Source of the DNA: Candidatus Yanofskybacteria bacterium CG10_big_fil_rev_8_21_14_0_10_36_16
Lineage (GTDB): Bacteria; Patescibacteriota; Minisyncoccia; 2-02-FULL-40-12; IGHO2-01-FULL-4-A
NCBI GenBank assembly: GCA_002794035.1
Contig: PCXQ01000005.1
Coordinates: forward strand, 83,669-147,668
Direction: 5' to 3'
DNA length: 64,000 nucleotides
Shown here: one piece after another, positions 38,349 to 47,773 of the stretch
Layout: the number at the start of each line of letters is the position of its first letter
Numbering within the stretch: position 1 is the first letter of the stretch
Translations under genes and position numbers: made by a program
Notes under the pieces: generated by a model
The model's input: only the letters and a program-made list of their open reading frames with translations
The model's database searches: none
Told to the model about the DNA's origin: nothing

Positions 38349-39257
38349 TTATATTTTTAAATGCCTATTCATAGCTATTGTACTTGAGATCATGCCCAAT
38401 AAAATACCTGCCACGAAGAGGGCCACTAAAACCTGCCACAGGTTAGCAGTAAAGTAGGCTAAAAGATTAATTGAGGGAGCAAACACATTTATCTTATCAG
38501 AAGAAACAAGGATAGACGGGTAAGCTACTGCCAAGGCAAATATAGCCGCGAAAATACCATAAAAAGCACCCTCAACAAGATAAGGTCCGCGAATGTGCCA
38601 ATTTGATGCGCCAACAAGACGCATTATTTCAATCTCCTGTTTTTGGCTGTAGATCGTTAAACGTATTGTGTTAAAAGTAACCATAATAGCTATAGCAACA
38701 AGCATAATTGTCCCGATTAAACCCCACGTTTTAATACCGTTTGATATCTTGTTTATTCTTGTTATAACAAGTTCGTTTTCAAAAAAGTTTATTTTTTCAA
38801 TTGATGCTCTAAATTTATGGTCATCAAGGAAACCGGCAATAGACGCATACTGGGTAGAGTCAACTGCCTTAATATTAAGCGATGCCTGCAATGGATTTTC
38901 TTCAAGCTGAGCAAGCGATTCCTGTATCAGTTCGTTATCAGCATGACGCTCTTTAAACTCAGCTAATGCCTCATCACGGGAAGTGTATTCTACAAAATCA
39001 ATTTCGGGCAATGTTTCAAGCTCTTCTCTCACTGAGGTTATTATATCTTCGGGTGCATCCTGCTTAAAGTAAGCGCTAATGTCTACCTTACTCTCAAGTT
39101 CAGCCACAACCTGTGAAGTCATAAACTGGAAAAACAAAAGCCCCAGTAATAAAAGCAAGGTTAAGGTCATGACACCAGTCGTACCAAAACTAAGAAAGCT
39201 ATTCCTTTTAAAATTGGTCCAACCAGAAGATATAATTCGTTTTAAGTTTACACTCAT
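38349..39257 (-). CDS. ftsX: Cell division ABC transporter permease FtsX
   Basis: N-terminal TM, periplasmic domain, C-terminal FtsX 3-TM domain. Adjacent to ftsE. Confidence 0.8.
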   Translation of the reverse strand: MSVNLKRIISSGWTNFKRNSFLSFGTTGVMTLTLLLLLGLLFFQFMTSQVVAELESKVDISAYFKQDAPEDIITSVREELETLPEIDFVEYTSRDEALAEFKERHADNELIQESLAQLEENPLQASLNIKAVDSTQYASIAGFLDDHKFRASIEKINFFENELVITRINKISNGIKTWGLIGTIMLVAIAIMVTFNTIRLTIYSQKQEIEIMRLVGASNWHIRGPYLVEGAFYGIFAAIFALAVAYPSILVSSDKINVFAPSINLLAYFTANLWQVLVALFVAGILLGMISSTIAMNRHLKI

Positions 39258-39284
39258 AATTTATTAATGAATTAAAAATTATTT

Positions 39285-39965
39285 TTATATAACGTAACGG
39301 CCGTGCTCTTGATCTTTTACAACTCTTCCCTTTTCCATTGTTATTACTCTTTTTCCTATTGTGTTAACTAATTTGCTGTCATGTGTTGCCAAGACAACAG
39401 TTGTACCAAATTCATTTATCTTCTCTAGTAATTTTAACACTTCGTAGCCGTTTACCATATCTAGGTTGCCTGTCGGCTCATCAGCCAATAAAATTTTGGG
39501 TCTGTGTATCAGAGCTCTGGCAATTGCAAGACGCTGTTTTTCACCTCCTGACATCTGGTGTGAAAAACTGTCTATTTTATTAGCCAAACCTACAATGGCT
39601 AGAACTCTGGGCACATCTTCTTCAATTTCTTCCTGAGTTGCACCTGACACCTCAAGAGCAAACGCAACATTTTCAAAAGCAGTTTTTCCATCTAGTATCT
39701 TAAAATCCTGATAAACGTTACCAATTTTTCTTCGCAATAATTGAACAGCTCCGCCCTTAATATCATTCAGATCATCTCCATCAACATAAGCATTGCCTTT
39801 TGTTGGCAACTCTTCTTTGGTTAATATTTTCATCAATGTTGTTTTACCCGCCCCTGACTGGCCTACAAGCGACACAAACTCTCCCTGCCCAATATGAAGG
39901 TTAACATTATCCAACACTACGCTGTCGGGCTCATATATTTTTGTTAGGTTATCAAATTTTATCAT
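39285..39965 (-). CDS. ftsE: Cell division ABC transporter ATP-binding protein FtsE
   Basis: GQSGAGKTT Walker A, MSGGEKQRLAIARAL signature, [11 protein letters not shown]. Confidence 0.85.
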   Translation of the reverse strand: MIKFDNLTKIYEPDSVVLDNVNLHIGQGEFVSLVGQSGAGKTTLMKILTKEELPTKGNAYVDGDDLNDIKGGAVQLLRRKIGNVYQDFKILDGKTAFENVAFALEVSGATQEEIEEDVPRVLAIVGLANKIDSFSHQMSGGEKQRLAIARALIHRPKILLADEPTGNLDMVNGYEVLKLLEKINEFGTTVVLATHDSKLVNTIGKRVITMEKGRVVKDQEHGRYVI

Positions 39966-39979
39966 AAGACAAAAAATAT

Positions 39980-41050
39980 CTACTCTGTTTTTTGTATTTC
40001 TGCTTCCACAAATTCATCAAGATTGCCCTCCAGTACTTCTTCGGGCTTGTGACTCTCTATTCCTGTTCGGTGATCTTTTACTAATTTATAAGGATTTAAA
40101 ACATAAGAGCGAATTTGACTCCCCCATTCTATTTCCGTTGATGAAGCCTTGCTTAACTCTCCAAGCTCTTTAACCTTTGTCTCCTCCATTATCTTGTTAA
40201 GCTTTGAAGCCAATAACTGCATAGCTTTTTCTTTGTTTTGTGCCTGTGACCTCCCAGCCTGTACTGCAACCGAAATTCCTGTAGGTTCATGGGTTATTCT
40301 AACAGCAGTTTCTACCTTATTTACATTCTGTCCTCCGGGACCTGATGAACGAAATGTTTCAATCCTCAAATCCTTAGGGTCAATATTTATTTTAGCACTA
40401 TCCATAACAGGTAGAACATCGACAAGGGCAAAGGATGTGTGGCGTAATTTTTTAGCTGAAAAAGGAGATATCCTGACCAATCTGTGGACACCAGCTTCTC
40501 CCTTAAGATATCCATAAGCATAACGACCCCCCACCTCTACCACTGCTGTTTTTAGACCATCTTGATCACCAAAAGATCGATCAAGAATATAAAAGTCCCA
40601 TCCTTTATTTTCAGAATAATAACGATACATCTGCAAAAGCATACCTGCCCAATCCTGTGCATCTACCCCGCCTGCACCCGCATATATGTAAAGCAAGGCA
40701 TCCCCTTTGTCATATTTTCCAGACAAAAAAACCTTAGCGTAAGCCCGGTTAAATTCTACAACAAATTCCTTTACCTCATCTGCCTTTTTCTCTAACTGAG
40801 AATCATCCAAATTTAAGAATTCACCCAATTGTCCCTCTAGATTTCTCCAAAAATCATACTCTTCTTTAAGTTCATTTAATTCTTTAGATAATTTGCCTGC
40901 TCTTTGGTGGTCTTTCCAAATATCAGGCGATTGCATCTCAAGCTCAATATCATCAATCCTAGTTGAGATACCGTCAATGTCAGACATCCTGGATGCACGA
41001 AATCTATATTTTATATCTTCAATTTTTTGTCTCAAGGTATTTTCACTCAT
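39980..41050 (-). CDS. prfB: Peptide chain release factor 2
   Basis: GGQ motif (RSSGPGGQNVNKVET) and SPF tripeptide (ISPFSAKK). Continuous ORF with no programmed frameshift. Confidence 0.85.
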   Translation of the reverse strand: MSENTLRQKIEDIKYRFRASRMSDIDGISTRIDDIELEMQSPDIWKDHQRAGKLSKELNELKEEYDFWRNLEGQLGEFLNLDDSQLEKKADEVKEFVVEFNRAYAKVFLSGKYDKGDALLYIYAGAGGVDAQDWAGMLLQMYRYYSENKGWDFYILDRSFGDQDGLKTAVVEVGGRYAYGYLKGEAGVHRLVRISPFSAKKLRHTSFALVDVLPVMDSAKINIDPKDLRIETFRSSGPGGQNVNKVETAVRITHEPTGISVAVQAGRSQAQNKEKAMQLLASKLNKIMEETKVKELGELSKASSTEIEWGSQIRSYVLNPYKLVKDHRTGIESHKPEEVLEGNLDEFVEAEIQKTE

Positions 41051-41099
41051 GGTTTTACTATACTAATAATAAAGCCCCCCGCCAAGTCGGGGGGATAAA

Positions 41100-41282
41100 T
41101 TATTGTGACATGAATACTTTTTTTGGTTTGTCGCTAACCTTTACTAAAGTTGCTCCACAAAATGGATCAGCACAGGCAATCCTGAATCCTCCTCGCCTGC
41201 TTAAATGAGGATCGGGCAACTCAGTACTATCATATGTCTTTTTACATACGGTACATTTGTAAGTTCCTATTGCTACCGTCAT
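41100..41282 (-). CDS. Small zinc-ribbon protein (CxxC...CxxxC)
   Basis: 60 aa: YKCTVCKK ... CADPFCG. Confidence 0.4.
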   Translation of the reverse strand: MTVAIGTYKCTVCKKTYDSTELPDPHLSRRGGFRIACADPFCGATLVKVSDKPKKVFMSQ

Positions 41283-41331
41283 TTCAAACCTCCAATTTTT
41301 AATTTATCTTTTTTGATAATAACAGAAAAAA

Positions 41332-41940
41332 CTAAAATGTCAATTCAGTAAATGACGCCCCGGTAAACAACCAATAAAAACCTTGAGCAATTTGAGGAAG
41401 AATCATTACAGCAATTATTAAAGCAAAAAATATTCCAAGGAATGAAAGTTGCATCATGGCAAATCGCGCTCTGGGGAAAAAGTCCATAAGTAATTTTGAA
41501 CCATCAAGGGGTGGCACAGGAATCAAATTAAATAAGGCAAGAAATATATTAATATAAATTACCCAGCTTAATGCTAGATAAAATGGAGTCCCCTCTGCCA
41601 CAAAACGAATGAATATGCCAAACACCAAAGCGATCATAAAATTAGCTCCGGGACCGGCAAACCCAACCTTGGCAGAACCATATTTTCTATCACTCAAAAG
41701 CATCGGATTATAAGGCACGGGCTTTGCCCAGCCGATAAATCCACCGACAGTCAAAAGCAAAAGAAGCGGTATAATAACCGTGCCTAAGGGATCTATGTGC
41801 TTCAGCGGATTCAATGTTAATCTGCCTGCATATTTTGCAGTGGGGTCGCCAAGATAATTAGCCATCCATCCATGCATAAATTCATGGAAAACCGCCGAAA
41901 AAATAATCACTAGATATAGAAATATACTAAATCCGAACAT
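41332..41940 (-). CDS. Site-2 protease family (M50) intramembrane metalloprotease
   Basis: HEFMH (HExxH) in TM helix. NLIPVPPLDG (LDG motif). Polytopic. Confidence 0.7.
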   Translation of the reverse strand: MFGFSIFLYLVIIFSAVFHEFMHGWMANYLGDPTAKYAGRLTLNPLKHIDPLGTVIIPLLLLLTVGGFIGWAKPVPYNPMLLSDRKYGSAKVGFAGPGANFMIALVFGIFIRFVAEGTPFYLALSWVIYINIFLALFNLIPVPPLDGSKLLMDFFPRARFAMMQLSFLGIFFALIIAVMILPQIAQGFYWLFTGASFTELTF

Positions 41941-42072
41941 GCTATTGCAAAAATAACATTTTTAGTGTAGTATTACAACATCGATTCCAACTAAGAACTC
42001 CCGATGCAAAGCATTGAGGATCCTCGATAATCTAATCGAGGGACTCAAAAGATTTGTCGGGACTTCGACGAC

Positions 42073-42255
42073 GTGGCTACAAGATGTCCCCAATGCGGGA
42101 AAAAACCAATGACAGCAATTAAGCGCAAACTATTGCGTGGTAATTATAATCCAGTAAACAGGTACAAAAAGTACCCGAATTTGCAGTGGTCTATTGTAGA
42201 CGGCAAAAGAGTAAAAATCTGCACTTCCTGCATTAAAACACAAAACAAAATTTAG
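42073..42255 (+). CDS. rpmB: 50S ribosomal protein bL28 (C4 zinc-ribbon variant)
   Basis: CPQCGKK ... KRKL ... PNLQW ... DGKRVKICTSC fits the L28 pattern with four Cys. Confidence 0.55.
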   Translation: MATRCPQCGKKPMTAIKRKLLRGNYNPVNRYKKYPNLQWSIVDGKRVKICTSCIKTQNKI

Positions 42256-42278
42256 ATTCTTCTTATCAAAATTAAAAA

Positions 42279-43196
42279 ATGGGAAACAGATTTGAATCAG
42301 GACCACAATTTAAACTATCGGAAGCAGAAGAAAAAACCCATGAATTGATGATACAAACAAATGAGCCCATAGATATGGGTGATTTTATTGATTTATATGG
42401 ATCAGAAACAGTTGAAAGGGACATACAATACACCGAAGAGCTCAAAAAAAAATTTAATGAACAAGATGATAAAAACCAGCGAGAAATAAAAAAACTAGCA
42501 GATTTATTTGAGGCTTTAATTTCAAACTTTGTAGAGCTTGAGGATTGGATGGGTGAAGATATATTTATGGTTAAAACATCCGAATATGATGATTATAAAA
42601 ATGGCGTAGATGTGGTAGCGGAATTTTTAAAAGATGGTAAATTTTCACATCTTGGTCTGGCTATTGATGTAACTTTTGGCAATTATTTAGATAAAAAGTT
42701 TCAAAGAATTAAGCAAGAAATTCAAGAAGGTCAATTAACAAAAGTAAAGTATTTCATGTCTGAAGGCGGTGATTTCAGAGGAGAATTAAAAAACATTCCC
42801 CGAGTTGTTTTAGCCACAGACAGAGCAACCATAAAAGAACTCTCAACATTATGGACAGATTTAACATTCTTAAAAGGTAGGCTAAAAGACAGGCGAGAAC
42901 GAGGCGGAAATGTCTCAGATATAAGAGAAAAAATTCAAGAAACAAGAGACAAATTAAAAGATCATCCGATTCAGCTTGAAATACTGCATCAAATTAGATT
43001 TCAATTAGAAAAATTTGCAGAACATGCCGAAAAAATTGGTCAGAGAGAACAATTAACTAAAAAGTACAAAGCAACTCTTGAAATAATAAACCAGATAATT
43101 GATGCTAAAAAAGATTTAGCTAACAAAATAAAAGAAGAAGGATATTCATACTCGCAATTTGATAGATTGCAAACTTTTTTAAAAGAAAATTTTTAA
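42279..43196 (+). CDS. Hypothetical protein (305 aa), Lys/Glu-rich, no recognised family
   Basis: ORF with consistent codon usage. Confidence 0.4.
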   Translation: MGNRFESGPQFKLSEAEEKTHELMIQTNEPIDMGDFIDLYGSETVERDIQYTEELKKKFNEQDDKNQREIKKLADLFEALISNFVELEDWMGEDIFMVKTSEYDDYKNGVDVVAEFLKDGKFSHLGLAIDVTFGNYLDKKFQRIKQEIQEGQLTKVKYFMSEGGDFRGELKNIPRVVLATDRATIKELSTLWTDLTFLKGRLKDRRERGGNVSDIREKIQETRDKLKDHPIQLEILHQIRFQLEKFAEHAEKIGQREQLTKKYKATLEIINQIIDAKKDLANKIKEEGYSYSQFDRLQTFLKENF

Positions 43197-43201
43197 GAAA
43201 A

Positions 43202-43272
43202 CGGGCTGTAGTATAATGGTATTATACATGGCTGGGGGTCATGCGACCCGGGTTCAATTCCCGGCAGCCCGA
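43202..43272 (+). tRNA. tRNA-Pro (anticodon GGG)
   Basis: Hand-folded with acceptor CGGGCTG/CAGCCCG, D loop AATGGTA, anticodon stem CATGG/TCATG (one G-U) with loop CTGGGGG, T arm CCGGG-TTCAATT-CCCGG, discriminator A. Confidence 0.65.
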
Positions 43273-43368
43273 CATTTCGACGCGCAAAACGTGACGAAAT
43301 GAGCTGAGCTTGTCGAAGCTCTACTCATTTCTTGCGTTTTGCTAGCTCAATGTCTACGACTGACAACT
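43260..43368 (+). repeat. Direct repeat copy 1 (109 bp), beginning with the last 13 nt of tRNA-Pro
   Basis: 97% identical to 43647..43755. Contains nested hairpins and the first codons of the GIY-YIG gene. Confidence 0.7.
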
Positions 43369-43622
43369 CATATTTTGTATATATGTTAAAAGGACCACGT
43401 GGGCATATTTACATTGGTGTAACATCAAACATAAAATCTAGAATCAAAAGACATTTAGATGGTCATGGAGCTGAATTTACAAAAAGAAATAAAACAAATC
43501 AGCTTGTATATAAAGAAGAATATCCAACACTTATCTCTGCCAGAAAAAGAGAGGCACAAATTAAAAAATGGCGAAGAGAAAAGAAAGAAAATCTTATAAA
43601 ATATGGCAAGCCGTTTAAATAA
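43350..43622 (+). CDS. GIY-YIG nuclease family protein (small, about 90 aa)
   Basis: YFVYMLKGPRGHIYIGVTSNIKSRIKRHLDGHGAEFTKRNK is a canonical GIY-YIG core. Track start at 43332 is a TTG. ATG at 43350 (MSTTDNSYFVYML) is more likely. Confidence 0.7.
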   Translation: MSTTDNSYFVYMLKGPRGHIYIGVTSNIKSRIKRHLDGHGAEFTKRNKTNQLVYKEEYPTLISARKREAQIKKWRREKKENLIKYGKPFK

Positions 43623-43646
43623 CCAGCTTTAAAGTTGGCTTTATCG

Positions 43647-43755
43647 CCCGGCAGCCCGACATTTCGACGCGCAAAACGTGACGAAATGAGCTGAGCTTGT
43701 CGAAGCTCTACTCATTTCTTGCGTTTTGCTTGCTCAATGTCTACGACTAACAACT
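43647..43755 (+). repeat. Direct repeat copy 2 (109 bp), including a duplicated tRNA-Pro 3' end fragment and a truncated GIY-YIG start (MSTTNNLK*)
   Basis: Read directly. Three mismatches to copy 1. Confidence 0.7.
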
Positions 43756-43765
43756 TAAAATAACA

Positions 43766-43792
43766 GCCCCGCTAATGCGGGGCTGTTATTTT
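43766..43792 (+). terminator. Intrinsic terminator (CAGCCCCGC family)
   Basis: AACAGCCCCGCTAATGCGGGGCTGTTATTTT. Confidence 0.6.
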
Positions 43793-43883
43793 AAATATCA
43801 ATCTCTAAATATTTTAAACAAACCGCAAGATATCCCCACAACAATCTTAAATTAATAAGTCAATAATATGTTAATATTAAAGT

Positions 43884-44516
43884 ATGAAATTATTATCATT
43901 GCCAAAACCAAAAAATGACATATTTTTAAAATTTAACAAGCTAACTTCTATATTAGTTGAAAGCGGTTGGGAGGTTTCACTTATCCCTTCAAGTTTTCCA
44001 AATAAAATAGAAAGCCAAGCAAAAAAACTAAGGATTTTGGAAGATCGTGCTGATAGCATTACTCACGACATTATAGATGAACTAAATAAATCTTTTATCA
44101 CCCCTCTTGACCGCGAGGATTTGCATTTATTAGCTACTAGAATTGACGATGTTATAGATTATGCCGAAAACGCCGCAAGTAGTATTGTGGTATATGGCAT
44201 AAAAACTTCACGAGAACCATTGGCAGAATTCTGTTTTACCGTTTATGAAGCTTCAAAAGAAATTGCGGAAGCAGTACGAGAGTTGCGCAACTTAAAAAAT
44301 ACAGACCACATCCTAAAACACAACATTGAAATAAACACTCTAGAATCCAAGGGGGACGATCTGCTCAAAGATGGATTAAAGAAACTTTTTCAAGAAGAAG
44401 ACGACGCAAAAACGATTATAAAATGGAAGGACATATTTCAATCTTTTGAAGAATCTCTAGACAGAGCTGAAGATGTTGCCAATGTCATAGAAAGTATAAT
44501 TATTAAAAATACCTAA
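43884..44516 (+). CDS. DUF47 family protein (PhoU-like partner of PiT transporters)
   Basis: Helical protein with conserved ...ITPLDREDLHLLA... Overlaps the start of the downstream PiT gene, the typical DUF47-PiT pair. Confidence 0.65.
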   Translation: MKLLSLPKPKNDIFLKFNKLTSILVESGWEVSLIPSSFPNKIESQAKKLRILEDRADSITHDIIDELNKSFITPLDREDLHLLATRIDDVIDYAENAASSIVVYGIKTSREPLAEFCFTVYEASKEIAEAVRELRNLKNTDHILKHNIEINTLESKGDDLLKDGLKKLFQEEDDAKTIIKWKDIFQSFEESLDRAEDVANVIESIIIKNT

Positions 44517-45502
44517 TGTCAGAGCTCTTACTAATTATTTTTATAGTGGCAATTGCCTGGATTTATGATTTTTATAATGGGGCAAACGATGCTGCTAATG
44601 CTATAGCTACCACTGTCTCAACAAGGACACTTTCACCAACCAAAGCTTTATTGCTTTCAGCTAGTCTTAACACTGCAGGTGCATTTGTCACTACTCGAGT
44701 AGCAAAAACAATCGGTAAAGGCATAGTTGATCCCCAGCTTCTAACTGGGGATATTTTAATATCTGCGCTTTTAGGAGCAATTGTTTGGGTAGCACTATCA
44801 ACAAAAACAGGAATGCCAGTAAGTGTAACCCATGCAATTGTAGGGGGTATTATCGGGGCAGTATTTTTGCCTTATGGATTGGGTGCAATTAAAACAGAAG
44901 GAATAACAAAAATAATCAAAGGAATAATATTTTCTCCCATCCTTGGATTTATAGTAGCTGGCATACTTTTAGTAATGATTCACCGTATTAGATGGAAAAG
45001 TCACCCGGGGAAAATACAAAGAAATTTTGGAAAAGCACAAATTATTTCTGCTTCTTGGATGTCTTTAGCACACGGAATGAATGATACTCAAAATGCGATG
45101 GGGATAATAACAGCAGCACTCTTTGCCGGAGGTTTTATATCAAAATTTGAAGTACCAATGTGGGTTATTATTGGATCAGGACTGTTTATGGGAATAGGCA
45201 CCTATGCAGGAGGCAAACATGTAATAAAAACAGTAGGGATGAAACTTTCTAAACTAAAACCCGTTCACGGTTTTGTTTCTGAAACAGCTGCTGGCGGGGT
45301 AATTGCTGGTGCAAGCTATTTGGGCATTCCAATCAGTACCACACACGCCATAACAAGCTCGATAATGGGAGCAAGCACAGCACAAAGAGTTAAAAGTGTG
45401 CGCTGGAATATTGCCAAAGATATAGCAATGGCATGGATTTTAACAATTCCAGGATCTGCTATTGCAGCTTTGATTATATATACGCTGATAAACTTGATAT
45501 AA
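44516..45502 (+). CDS. pit: Inorganic phosphate transporter, PiT family
   Basis: GANDAANAIATTVSTR N-terminal signature and a second repeat GMNDTQNAMG. Polytopic. Confidence 0.8.
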   Translation: MSELLLIIFIVAIAWIYDFYNGANDAANAIATTVSTRTLSPTKALLLSASLNTAGAFVTTRVAKTIGKGIVDPQLLTGDILISALLGAIVWVALSTKTGMPVSVTHAIVGGIIGAVFLPYGLGAIKTEGITKIIKGIIFSPILGFIVAGILLVMIHRIRWKSHPGKIQRNFGKAQIISASWMSLAHGMNDTQNAMGIITAALFAGGFISKFEVPMWVIIGSGLFMGIGTYAGGKHVIKTVGMKLSKLKPVHGFVSETAAGGVIAGASYLGIPISTTHAITSSIMGASTAQRVKSVRWNIAKDIAMAWILTIPGSAIAALIIYTLINLI

Positions 45503-45539
45503 TATTTTTTATATTTAAAAATAATTAAAAACATTAAAA

Positions 45540-45566
45540 AACAGCCCCGCTAAGGCGGGGCTTTAA
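45540..45566. terminator. Bidirectional intrinsic terminator between convergent genes (CAGCCCCGC family)
   Basis: AACAGCCCCGCTAAGGCGGGGCTTT. Confidence 0.55.
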
Positions 45567-45571
45567 AATTA

Positions 45572-46081
45572 CTAAGCTAGCATAGATAAGTTTTTTAAAG
45601 CTTTATAAAACTTTATTGCTTTTTGGGCCATATTCAAAAAATCCCCTTTTAAATACTTGCCAACATCTTCTATCGGCACAAAAAAGGCTTCCCCAATCTC
45701 TAGATTATCTTTTAGATTAGGGTCTCCACCAAAATCCTCTACCAAGAACAAAAGGTGCAAATCCCTATGTGCAACATTTTTACTAACTTCTATAAGTCGA
45801 AACGTTTCAGCAATCAAACCAGTTTCTTCCTCTAACTCACGGGCAACTTGTTCTCCAACAGTATTGCCATAATCCAAGCCCCCACCCGGCAACGAATTAC
45901 CCGTGACAACTCCGGCTTTCTTTTTTACAAGTAAAATTTGGCCATCTTTTATTACAGCGATAAACACACCGACAAGATGCTTATGCCTTACCAGCCACCA
46001 CAAGCGCCACTTGGGCCATTCGGGCATAAAATCAACAAAAAACTGTAACATTTGAATAACCAAACCTTTCATTTTGACCAC
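45572..46081 (-). CDS. NUDIX hydrolase
   Basis: Nudix box GGGLDYGNTVGEQVARELEEETGL. Confidence 0.7.
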   Translation of the reverse strand: MVKMKGLVIQMLQFFVDFMPEWPKWRLWWLVRHKHLVGVFIAVIKDGQILLVKKKAGVVTGNSLPGGGLDYGNTVGEQVARELEEETGLIAETFRLIEVSKNVAHRDLHLLFLVEDFGGDPNLKDNLEIGEAFFVPIEDVGKYLKGDFLNMAQKAIKFYKALKNLSMLA

Positions 46082-46171
46082 CTCTTTTGCAAAAATATTT
46101 TAAAAATCCTTATCTATAAATAACACTAATTAATAGACTTGTCAAATAATAAATCTTGTGATATACTTAGA

Positions 46172-46644
46172 ATATCCTGGTAAACGGGATGGCTACTCTT
46201 CCTACTTTTTAGAAGCAGTGAGGAGAGGAAAGTCCGAACACCCGCCATTGAGTATCAATGGCAAACGGTAGCGTAATTGGTTTTTTAAAACCGATTGTCT
46301 CAACATTTTGTTGAGAGGTAACGCCCACCGCCCGCAAGGGTCGAGGTGCGAACAGTGACGTCCGATATTTGAAAAAATTCGGATACCCGAAAGGGTAAAC
46401 TTCGTATAAGCTAGCTTGTGTAATGTTGATGCCTAAAGCATTGAAATTGCCCTAAGTGAAATCGAAGGTGAAACGGCTAAATCCTTACCGAGGTGCAAGG
46501 CCGTACCCTGTCGTTGACAGGGGGTACCGCAAAAGCCCTAAGTTGGGCTTAGATCCCGAGAGCAATCGAGGGACCAGATAAATGGTCATCATTCTGCCAT
46601 AGTCGGCAGGATACAGAATTCGGCTTACAAGTTTACCAGGATAT
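46172..46644 (+). ncRNA. rnpB: RNase P RNA (bacterial type), about 473 nt
   Basis: P1 pairing of the 5' ATATCCTGGTAAAC with the 3' GTTTACCAGGATAT. Conserved GAGGAAAGTCCG, GGTAACGCC and ACAGAATTCGGCTTA elements. Followed by a terminator. Confidence 0.7.
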
Positions 46645-46647
46645 CTA

Positions 46648-46672
46648 AAAACCGCCTAAAGGCGGTTTTTAG
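46648..46672 (+). terminator. Intrinsic terminator after rnpB
   Basis: AAAACCGCCTAAAGGCGGTTTTTAG. Confidence 0.55.
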
Positions 46673-46701
46673 ATTAAAAAAATTTATCTATAATTTTAAA
46701 A

Positions 46702-47655
46702 TTAACTGGAATAGAGATTGGAATTTTTTAATACCTCGTCCATCTCATTAAGCGTCATGATAAATTCTCTCTTTAGAAAATCTCTAAACTCCGGTGAGAA
46801 ACTTTGTTCATATACTCTTCTATACTCTGTCTCTTTCTCGTTGGATAAAGGTGTATCTGGGTCATAATTAATTCTTTTATCCAAGAATTTTTTAAGAGCA
46901 GTTATTGCCTGTTTGTGGCTCATGCCAAGCCGCCTGCGAAAAGCATAGTATTTATCTTCTAAAACCAGAATAACTTCCGGCCTATCAAACTTTTTATTAT
47001 TACCAAAATTAAAACGATAAGTACCATCTTCACCTATTATATTCCCGGGATTTACCATCTCTAATATATGATGAGAGGCAGCTGCTACAACATCCTCTCT
47101 GGGGACACCGTCTCCGGAAATTATATCATACGTCCAAAAAGCATGCTTATTATAAAAATCTTTCATGGACATATCAGAAGATAAACCCATCTCTTTAAGC
47201 AGTTTAATTTTCTCATCTATCTTTCCATCCTCAATATAAGTATTCAAAAAATCTTCAACAGTTATTGAAGGGTCTTTTATATCCTCTACTGCAAACATCG
47301 TTATTATTAAATTCTGCTGTTCAATAGTTGCATCTTTGGGGCCAGTTTTGCCAATATCTGAAAATAATGAGCCTATAGCCATAATCTTTTTATCCTCTTC
47401 ACTTAGCACTCTTTCTGGTTTTATGTTGCGATAATATTCTTCCAATAAATTTTCTCCATCAAGTGCCTTTTTTTCGTCTTCTAAAAATTTAGTTCTTTCG
47501 TCAAGCAATTTAAACCTAGCAGTAATAGCACTGTCTATCTTTTCAGGATTAAGACCTATTTCTTCATACAACTTATTGATGTCTACTTTTTCTTTTACTT
47601 CATTATTCTTTTGGGTTTTTATTTCGCCCTCAGACAAAAATTCTTTTATATCCAT
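46702..47655 (-). CDS. Hypothetical protein, possibly degenerate HD-domain-like
   Basis: AIGSLFSDIGK and AAASHHILE resemble HD phosphohydrolase motifs, but the HD dyad is not intact. Confidence 0.3.
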   Translation of the reverse strand: MDIKEFLSEGEIKTQKNNEVKEKVDINKLYEEIGLNPEKIDSAITARFKLLDERTKFLEDEKKALDGENLLEEYYRNIKPERVLSEEDKKIMAIGSLFSDIGKTGPKDATIEQQNLIITMFAVEDIKDPSITVEDFLNTYIEDGKIDEKIKLLKEMGLSSDMSMKDFYNKHAFWTYDIISGDGVPREDVVAAASHHILEMVNPGNIIGEDGTYRFNFGNNKKFDRPEVILVLEDKYYAFRRRLGMSHKQAITALKKFLDKRINYDPDTPLSNEKETEYRRVYEQSFSPEFRDFLKREFIMTLNEMDEVLKNSNLYSS

Positions 47656-47727
47656 TTTCTGATTTTACATCTTTTCTAAGTTTTTTTGCATGTTTACAAC
47701 TCACCAACTTATGTTTAAAAACAAAAC

Positions 47728-47748
47728 TCCCGCTTAAGCGGGTTTGTT
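47728..47748 (-). terminator. Intrinsic terminator
   Basis: CTCCCGCTTAAGCGGGTTTG, with a T-run on the minus strand. Confidence 0.5.
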
Positions 47749-47773
47749 TATGTTTTTGGTTTTAAATTTTAAA

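Noticed and set aside
39980-41050. Looked for the programmed +1 frameshift typical of prfB
   Set aside because: The ORF is continuous from start to stop at full RF2 length, so there is no frameshift site here. RF2 is present with TGA stops in use, which argues for the standard code and against a UGA-recoded lineage.
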